A DNA stretch of 9,160 nt. It comes from Zygnema circumcarinatum SAG 698-1b. Taxonomy: Eukaryota > Plantae > Zygnematophyceae. Of this stretch, positions 1-7,006 are shown in pieces. The DNA lies in contig JBBHKD010000060.1 in the NCBI GenBank assembly GCA_037447605.1, positions 1 through 9,160 of the forward strand, given 5' to 3'. The notes under the pieces were generated by a model. It did no database searches and was not told the origin of the DNA. It saw only the letters and a list, made by a program, of their open reading frames with translations. Position numbers and translations under genes: made by a program. How positions within the stretch are numbered: the first letter of the stretch is position 1; every line of letters begins with the position of its first letter.

Positions 1-2
1 TC

Positions 3-760
3 AAATGGGGCCCGCGGAGCGTACACAGGATTTTTCTTGGCTACGTTGCCGTCCAGCCTACGTATCTGGTGTCTGCAAACAAATCGAATTGTACTTCGCG
101 CGACGCTCGCATTTTAGTGAGGCTCCTCCTCGGTGGCGCGCTGCATCGCCACCGCACGGCCGTGCACCCGCGACTTCCTCCCGCCGAGTCCCGATCTGCG
201 CGTGCGTTCCCACTGGTGACCGTCGATGGTTCCCTGCCCCCACGACAGCCCATGCAGCCGCCAACATTTCCTTTGTCCGGCCCCGGTGCGCGCTTTCCCT
301 TCCCCTCCCCCTCAATCCCCCTTCCGTCCCCTCCGTCGACCCCCCTCCCCCCGCTCCCCCCCCCTCCCCCTCGTCCTCTCTGCTCGACCCTCCCTCTTCT
401 GTTCAGAGGGAGCTTTCCACCTCACCCGAGCCGGACGCGGACCCCTCCCCTCCGCCTACAGACCTCCCCCCCCCTCCCTTTTTCCCCCTTGCGCCTTCTC
501 CCGGCCTACCCGACTCCCCTTCCCCTTCACCCGTCGCGGCCTCCCCGCCACCCCGCCCTCCGGCACTCTCCCCTCCGGTTCCCCCCGGCCCTGCCCCCCG
601 CCACGGCACTCGCGATCGGCGACCCACGTGGAAAATTATCGACACTGCCGCCCATGCCCTCCTTTCCTCCGCCATGGCCTTCATCGCCTCCTCGTCTACC
701 CCCCTTACTTTTGCTGCCGCCCTTCGCACCCCTGACGCAGCCCTCTGGAAAGCTGCCGCT
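3..760 (+). pseudogene. pol: Outer copia pol, 5' fragment: integrase C-terminal SH3-like region (frameshifted), Pro/Ser-rich linker and start of RT
   Basis: KWGPRSVHRIFLGY (frame from 3), LRIWCLQTNRIV (frame from 58), SRDAR then FSE in shifting frames; these match the inner KFDPRAVEGYVLGY...YRIWNPRAKEVQSSRD. Then RHGTRDRRPTW (cf. inner RRSTRVVRRPERY) and TPLTFAAALRTPDAALWKAAA (cf. inner EPQTFEEAHDGVDGAKWRAAI). Confidence 0.88.
756..760 (+). repeat. Target site duplication CCGCT, left copy
   Basis: Directly precedes the TG of the 5' LTR at 761; identical to 7002-7006. Confidence 0.96.
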
Positions 761-1692
761 TGTTAGTGTTAGTGTGCTATAGTTAGACATTGTACGGGTT
801 CACACTCATCATCTGCTATGACACTCAGTTGGAAAACATCCAAGATCTCCTCAGTAGTGTTCCTCAGAAAGCGGTCAGGCCAAATGTCGTGGCCCGTACG
901 CTTCGGGCACGGGAATATCGGTGATGTGGCGGAACCACGTCGGGTCGTGCGTGCGGGCTGCGGCGAGGGTCAAGTCCGGAGGACCGGGTCAGCAGCCACG
1001 ACGGTCTGAGCAACGCGGAAATGCGACGACAGAGATTTCGTCGCGGGACGGCGCAAATGTGTACGGTGCGCGAAACAAACATGCGGCGCGCGGGCAGCGG
1101 ACATGGCGCGCGGCGAAGTTTCTTGCACTGAGACGGACGCAGTCGGATGGGCGGCGGAACTGTACCGGACGGCACCTCGCTGGGTCAGCCTGGCGTGGGT
1201 GCGGAGGGCCGCGAAGCTCGGATGGGACGCGTACCCTGCTGCTAGACGCATGAGGGCGGCCGTGACGTGACATCCGTCGCAGAGGGAAGTGTCGTGGCAC
1301 GGCCATGGCGGTGTGTGGGTTAGCTTTGTTATGTAGGATACCCACATTAGCCTCCTGTGGTCCCGTGACTTGTTCTGTGCTCCTCGGTGTTGCTGGGCTG
1401 CCCTGCTTGTGTGGCAAGGTAGTGGTGAGGGAGAAGTAGCTAGTGGAGGGGAGAACTTCATGTGGGTGACATTCTTATTATAAAGAAATTTAGAAACCAT
1501 GAGCTTTCTCCTGTGCTCTCTCATGTGTGATTTACGATGCTGGTATTTTTATAAATTCATATCTGATTCAAGCTTTGAGTGAAAATAAAATAGAGTAAAA
1601 AAATGAAGATGTCTTCATCAGTGGGAACCGGAGTTTCAATGGAGGGCAACACACAAAGTGACACCGGGAGCACAACAACCCAGACTCCAACA
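761..1692 (+). repeat. 5' LTR of inner element (932 bp)
   Basis: Starts TGTTAGTGTTAGTGTGCTATAGTTAGACATTGTACGGGTTCACACT (45/46 identical to 6020-6065) and ends CCAGACTCCAACA as at 7001; followed by AG and the PBS. Confidence 0.95.
1479..1484 (+). promoter_or_regulatory. Candidate TATA box in 5' LTR
   Basis: TATAAA within GACATTCTTATTATAAA, conserved in the 3' LTR (6783-6788) at nearly the same distance from the LTR end (213 vs 218 nt). Confidence 0.55.
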
Positions 1693-2583
1693 AGTGGTAT
1701 CAGACCAATGGTGACGACGAGGACCACGTGAAGTTCAGCATTCCCGCATTCGACGGTCTTGACTACAAGGGGTGGAGATGGCGGCTGGTTCCTTTGCTCG
1801 TGGGCAAGGGACTGTTGGGGTACGTCAACGGCACCATCAAGGCACCGGTGCTACCGGAGGGAGCCACGGCGGAGCAGCAGTCGGAACACGAAGTGGCGCT
1901 CGCCAGATGGAGTGCCAAGGACAACAAAGCGCTCACCCAGATCGTCATGAGTGTGAGGGGAAGTCCTTCGTCCATGCTGTATGATCTCAAGACCTCACAT
2001 GCTATGTGGAGGTGCTTAGAAGAGATGTATGATGTAAAGGATAACGTCACGATAGTGAGTCTTTACACGCAGCTTGGGAAGGTGAAGATGACTTCGGATG
2101 AGAAACTGAGTGAGTATATGGTCAGGTTTGATACCTTGATGGAGAGGTTCATAGCTCTACAGAAACCGTTAGAGAGTGACCATAAGATCAGCCAGTTCTT
2201 AGGGGGATTGACCTCTAGATTTGATGTGGCGGTCGCAGCGTTTCAGGACTGTCCTGACAAACTCGAAAAATGACCCTGAGCAAGTGAAGCAGAGGATCAA
2301 GGAGGAGGACACCATCCAAGACACCAGGAGCACCAAGGAGATCTGCTCACACTGCACTGGCCGAAGCAGAGCCGAAGAGGAGGTCGCGAAGTTGGACCAG
2401 GGGAGAACACCTTCCGGGAGCGTGCCCTCTGCATGTGGCAAGACTGGCCACTACTCGGCAGACTGCTACAGACAGGAGTCCCAAGATCAGGAGGAGAGCG
2501 CGCGCATCGGCCAGGGGAGGAAGAAAGGCTTCAAGGGGATCTGCTTCAAGTGCAAGAAGCGAGGTCACAAGAGCACCGAATGC
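1639..2583 (+). pseudogene. gag: Inner gag region (copia capsid-like domain and two CCHC zinc knuckles), frameshifted
   Basis: IPAFDGLDYKGWRWRL...W...D.KALTQIVMSV...MWRCLEEMY...LYTQLGKVKM...LSEYMVRFDTLMERF...FLGGLTSRFD is a typical copia Gag. Knuckles at 2423-2466 and 2542-2583. Frame breaks near 1704, 2265-2280 and 2330-2430. The start at 1639 is inferred. Confidence 0.88.
1695..1707 (+). promoter_or_regulatory. Primer binding site for initiator tRNA-Met, with a 1-nt deletion
   Basis: TGGTATCAGA-CCA, 2 nt after the LTR end, versus TGGTATCAGAGCCA, the complement of the plant tRNA-iMet 3' end. Confidence 0.9.
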
Positions 2584-2673
2584 AGAGGGTCGAATGAGAC
2601 CAATCTGATGATGGCTGAAAGGCCCGAAGGTTCTGACTTTGTTGGGAAGATCCAGGTTCAGGATCTGAAGCGG

Positions 2674-2940
2674 CCCTGGTTGATCGATTCAGGCGCTTCC
2701 ACACACATGTGTGGCGACAAGCAGATGTTCTCCACGTTGGACACGCTGGAGAAGACTCGATCTGTTCACTCGGCAACCGGAGAGGGAGTGACAGTCACGA
2801 AGGGTGGAGTAGTCAAGATGATTCTCGGAGACGGCTCTGTCATCTACGAAGAGGAGAGGGAGGAGCGTTTGTGTATCGGTGATGTACTCCACACCCCCGA
2901 GCTGAAACAGAACTTCATGTCTGTTAGCCAGGTGTGTAAG
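2674..2940 (+). other. Aspartic protease domain
   Basis: WLIDSGASTHMC (catalytic DSG at 2686-2694) and downstream DVLHTPELKQNFMSVSQ. Confidence 0.92.
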
Positions 2941-3000
2941 AGGGGGTACGAGATCACGTTCAAGGAGAAGTCTTGCGTAGCTACTCACGCAGTGACGGGG

Positions 3001-3978
3001 AAGCGGCTGTTTGAGGGGTATGAGAAGGGAGGCCTGTATTATCTTCATTATAGAAGGACAGAGGATGAAGATGTGATGGCTGTGGCTGAAACTGCCATAA
3101 ATCTCTGGCATCGTAGACTTGGACATCTTAACCATCGGGGGTTGCAACAGCTTGCTGCTAAGGGGCTGGTCCGTGGGTTAGACGTAGATGTCGTGGAGAA
3201 GGAGCTCGGCTTTTGCAAGGAGTGTGTAGAGGGGAAGGCGCATCGGAAACCATTCGCGAGGAGCGGAGAGGAGGCGTACCATGCGCAGGAGAAACTGGAG
3301 TTGGTTCACACCGACCTTTGTGGCCCCGTGACACCGGCAACGAGTGGAGGAGCTCGGTACTTCATCACTTTTCTCGACGATTTTTCGAGGAAAATTTGGG
3401 TGAAAATTCTCAAGAACAAGTCTGAGGCTTTCGGAGCCTTCAGAGATTGGCAGACTCAGATGGAGCGAGAGAGCGGACAGAAACTGAAGACTCTGCGCTC
3501 AGACAACGGAGGGGAGTTCAAGTCGAAGGAGTTCGGCGAGTACCTCAAGACTCGTGGAATTAGGCATGAATTCTCTGCTCCCTACTCCCCTCAAAGTAAT
3601 GGAGCTGCTGAAAGGGTAAATAGGACGTTGGGGGACATGGCGCGGACCATGCTTATAGATTCCCCCTTCCCGGCTTCTTTCTGGGGAGAGGCGGTGATGA
3701 CCGCGGCTTACCTTAGGAATAGATGCCCATCTTCTGTGCTCAAGGATCAGGTTCCTGAGGAGGTGTGGAGTGGGAGAAAGCCCACGGTTTCCCACCTGAA
3801 GGCTTTCGGAGCGCGCTGCTGGTCGACAGTGCCGAAGGCGAGACAGAAGAGGAAGTTTGACCCGCGAGCCGTTGAAGGATATGTTCTCGGCTACAACATG
3901 GACAGTCGCACCTACAGGATTTGGAACCCGCGAGCGAAGGAAGTGCAGAGCTCGAGGGACATCACGGTGGATGAGAAA
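3001..3978 (+). other. Integrase: HHCC zinc-binding domain, DD35E core and C-terminal SH3-like region
   Basis: GGLYYL, LWHRRLGHLN (H 3109, H 3124), CKEC (3214-3225), LVHTDLCGP (D 3313), LRSDNGGEF (D 3502), NGAAERVNRTL (E 3610, exactly D-X35-E), HLKAFGARC...LGY...YRIWN. Confidence 0.95.
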
Positions 3979-4448
3979 GGGGTGGTGACACGACTAGGTG
4001 AGACCCAACCCCAAAAGGCAGGATTGGAGATTGTGTATGAGGACGTGGAAACCAGCGGAGAAGGCGTTGAAGCGCCTCAGGTCCCGGTTTTGGAGGAGAT
4101 CAGCACGCCGGAGAGCGAAGGAGCTGACTCAGGAGCAATGCCGAACGTCGAGGCGGAGGCGGGAGTCGAACCCGAAGTGCCGCAAGCAGGGGAGCCGGAG
4201 AAATCGACGGAGACGGCCCCACTACACACTCACCTGTCAGATGAGGAAGACTCGGTCGAAACTGTACCTTTGCACGGACAGGAGTCTGAGGACTTGGATA
4301 TGGCCGAGAGAGACGCGATGAGGGCAAGGATGCCTCCGGGATTTGTTCCCGGAATTTTCTTCAACTCGAGGAGTGGGAGAACGCAAGGACCGCGGAGGAG
4401 CACCCGTGTGGTGAGGAGGCCTGAACGATACAGGCCGTCGCAGACTAA

Positions 4449-4458
4449 NNNNNNNNNN
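4449..4458. other. 10-N assembly gap in the IN-RT linker of the inner element
   Basis: Run of 10 Ns; true size unknown. The reading frame happens to be the same on both sides. Confidence 0.95.
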
Positions 4459-4527
4459 CTGATGCAGGAGAGAGTGCCTACGGACTCTGCTGACCTCGCA
4501 GGAGTTGCTCACTGCTACATGATTACC

Positions 4528-5538
4528 GAGCCGCAAACCTTCGAGGAGGCTCACGATGGGGTCGATGGAGCGAAGTGGCGAGCAGCGATCGATAGCGAGT
4601 GGAATAGTCTGATAGAGAACGGGACGTGGCGACTGGAGAAGCTGCCGAAGGGAAGGAGAGCCATTGGATGCAAGTGGGTGTTCAAGGTGAAGCGAAAGGC
4701 GGACGGGAGTGTCGACCGTTACAAGGCGCGGCTGGTGGCGAAGGGCTACAGCCAGAAGTACAGAATAGATACACGAGGACTTTCGCCCAGTAGTGAAGTT
4801 TTGACTCCCTCCGTGCCCTGATCTCAGTACAACAGTGTGAGGGATGCGTGTCCGTCGATTCAACTATGGAGACCACAACTTCTCTACGAGACCCGCTGAG
4901 GAGATCTGCATGGAGCAGCCCGAAGGGAAAGTTGTCCCGGGGCAGGAGCATCTCGTCTGTCGCCTAGTGAAGAGTCTGTACGGACTGAAGCAGGCACCCA
5001 GGATCTGGTACGAGAAGATTGACGATCTTCTGAGGAGCAACGGATTTGCGCGCTTTGAGACGGATCATTCCGTCTACCGACAAGGAGAGGAGGGAGATCT
5101 CATATACGTTGGGATCTACGTGGATGACCTCATTATGTATCTCCTGGGGATACAGCTGAAGAGGGGGCAGGACGGAAGTCTGTTCCTAAGTCAGAAGAAG
5201 TACGCCGCGGATGTACTAGCGAGATTCAATATGGATGAGTGCAGACCGTGCACCAGTCCGATGGAGATCAGCGCGAGACTGTCGAAGGATATGGAGCCCG
5301 CGACGGACGCGGAGGTTCAGCGCATGTACGGAGTGCCGTACAGATCTGCTATCGGAAGTTTAATGTACCTAATGATTGGTACTCGACCGGACTTGGCGAA
5401 GGCTGTGGCGCCGCAGAATGAGTTCATGGAGAATCCGGCCCGAGCATTGGGAGGCCGTAAAAGCGAATCTTTAGGTTAGATGCGAAGGGGACCCTGGAGT
5501 GCGGACTTCGTTACGAGAGGGGGCCGAACAGAGTGATC
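4528..5538 (+). other. Reverse transcriptase domain of inner element (degenerate)
   Basis: EPQTFEEA...NGTW...AIGCKWVFKVK...RYKARLVAKGYSQ; MEQPEG...LVKSLYGLKQAPRIWY; YVDD at 5117-5128; PYRSAIGSLMYLMIGTRPDL. Several frameshifts at 4770-4900 and 5400-5480. Confidence 0.93.
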
Positions 5539-6003
5539 GGATACACCGACTCTGACTGAGGAGGTGACGTGGACACATCGCGATCGACCTCCGGATTTGT
5601 TTACCTGAACGCAGGTGGAGCGATCTCATGGAGCTCGAAGCTACAGGATTCGGTTGCGTTGTCTAGCACCGAAGGCGAGTACATGGGAGCATGTCACGCA
5701 GCGAAGGAGGGAGTTTGGTTCCAACATTTCTTTGATGAGTGTAAGAGGCCACAACGTCCCTTGACTTTGTTCACGGATAATCAGTCGTCCATAGCTCTTG
5801 TTGAAAACCCTGTGTTTCATAAGAGGACAAAGCACATTAGAGTACAATACCATTATGTGCGAGAATTGGTAGAGGAGGGGATGATTGTTGTGAAGTTCGT
5901 GGGGACGAAGGAGCAGGCTGCGGATATGTTGACTAAAGGAGTTAGTGGTGAGACGCTACTAGTGAATAGCAGACTCATTGGGCTAGGGCCCATGAGGAAC
6001 TGA
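5539..6003 (+). other. RNase H domain of inner element, with a premature stop
   Basis: GYTDSD*GGDVDTSRSTSG...ISWSSKLQDSVALSSTEGEY...TDNQSSI...HKRTKHIRVQYHYVRE...QAADMLTK; TGA at 5557-5559 replaces the conserved Trp. Confidence 0.93.
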
Positions 6004-6008
6004 GGCCC

Positions 6009-6019
6009 AAGAGGGGGAT
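6009..6019 (+). promoter_or_regulatory. Polypurine tract of inner element
   Basis: AAGAGGGGGAT immediately before the 3' LTR TG at 6020. Confidence 0.9.
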
Positions 6020-7001
6020 TGTTAGTGCTAGTGTGCTATAGTTAGACATTGTACGGGTTCACACTAACATTGTTGTGGTCCTCAGTTGGGAAACATGAGA
6101 TCTGCTAGTAGTGTTCCTAGGGAAATACGGTGCGGGCCAAATAGCCGATTGGCCGATGCGGCGCTTTTCCGAGCGCGGAGGATGTCGGTGATGTCGGTGA
6201 GGAACCCAGCGTCAGACCCGCATAGTGCGGTCCGCGGACTGTGGCGAGGTCAACTACGGAGGGCGAGTCGGCAGCCTGTAGGACAAGGTGTGGCTGGCCT
6301 TGAAATGCGGCAGCGGAGATTTCAAATGCGGGCGGCGCGAATGTGTCGCGATGTAGCGAAGCGAACATCTTGTGGCGGCGGGCAGCTGTCTGGGGCCGAG
6401 CGGAAGTTACAGCGGCACCGAGCGGACGGCAATTCGAAGATAGGCGGAAGCATGCGGGCGGCGACTGGGAGTGGTGCTGTAGTAAGGTTTCACGAAGACC
6501 CGCCAAAGCACTGGATGTTGAGCAGCGTGCCACAGCTGCTTTGAGCATGAGGCGGCGTGACGTATTTATCGGTCAACAAGGAAGATGTCACGTAACACGG
6601 CCATGGCGGTATATAGGGTTTAGCTTTGTTATGTAGGATACCCACATTAGCCTACTGTAGTCCCGTGACTTATTCTGTGCCTGCTCGTGTTGCTGGGCTG
6701 CCCTGCTTCAATACTTAAGGTGGTGAGTAAGGGAGAAGTAGCTAGTGAGGAGGGAGAACTTCGTAATGGGTGACATTCTTATTATAAAAAGGAGTTTTAG
6801 AGCGTGAGCTTTCTCTATACTCTAGGTATTGTGATTTCCAGCCTGTGCTTTCGTCTCTGCGTTCATTCACCGTGAGTTATGGGCTATGGTGAAGTGAGAT
6901 AGAGTGAAGTGAAGATATCTTCGCCAGTTAGGAACGGAGTTCCAATGGAGGGCGACACGCGAGGTGGCGCCGGGAGCAGCGAGCAGATCCAGACTCCAAC
7001 A
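6020..7001 (+). repeat. 3' LTR of inner element (982 bp)
   Basis: Colinear with 761-1692 throughout, with the same termini; identical blocks include 6620-6653 = 1320-1353 (34 nt) and 6687-6708 = 1387-1408 (22 nt); followed by the TSD. Confidence 0.95.
6783..6788 (+). promoter_or_regulatory. Candidate TATA box in 3' LTR
   Basis: TATAAA in the same context as 1479-1484. Confidence 0.5.
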
Positions 7002-7006
7002 CCGCT
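7002..7006 (+). repeat. Target site duplication CCGCT, right copy
   Basis: Directly follows the terminal CA at 7001; identical to 756-760. Confidence 0.96.

Larger units (their letters stand above)
2584..6003 (+). pseudogene. pol: Inner pol polyprotein (PR-IN-RT-RNase H); open to about 4770, then frameshifts, an in-frame deletion and a nonsense codon
   Basis: Continuous frame of ORF 2221-4821, then ORFs 4844-5479 and 5569-6003, with all copia motifs in order; final stop TGA at 6001-6003. Confidence 0.95.
761..7001 (+). mobile_element. Inner full-length Ty1/copia LTR retrotransposon (6241 bp), probably defective
   Basis: TGTT...AACA termini on both LTRs, 5-bp TSD, PBS, PPT, and gag-PR-IN-RT-RH domain order. 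Confidence 0.97.

Noticed and set aside
69-782. Pro-rich ORFs (69-782, 226-735) resembling extensin or formin, and Gly-rich antisense ORFs (403-729, 527-790)
   Set aside because: Alternative frames of the C-rich linker of the outer pol; low complexity keeps them free of stops.
818-1524. Protein-coding ORFs within the LTRs (e.g. 921-1253, 970-1524, 6086-6544, 6117-6548)
   Set aside because: They are not conserved in frame or sequence between the two LTR copies and have no recognisable motif; GC-rich chance ORFs.
2255-2290. Programmed gag-pol frameshift
   Set aside because: The break falls inside Gag, upstream of the zinc knuckles. There is no clear slippery heptamer, and two 1-nt deletions restore EKMTLEQVKQRI. 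Copia elements normally encode gag-pol in one frame.
6003-6020. env-like or extra 3' ORF (Sirevirus-type)
   Set aside because: The pol stop is only 5 nt from the PPT, and the outer element is similarly compact, so there is no room.
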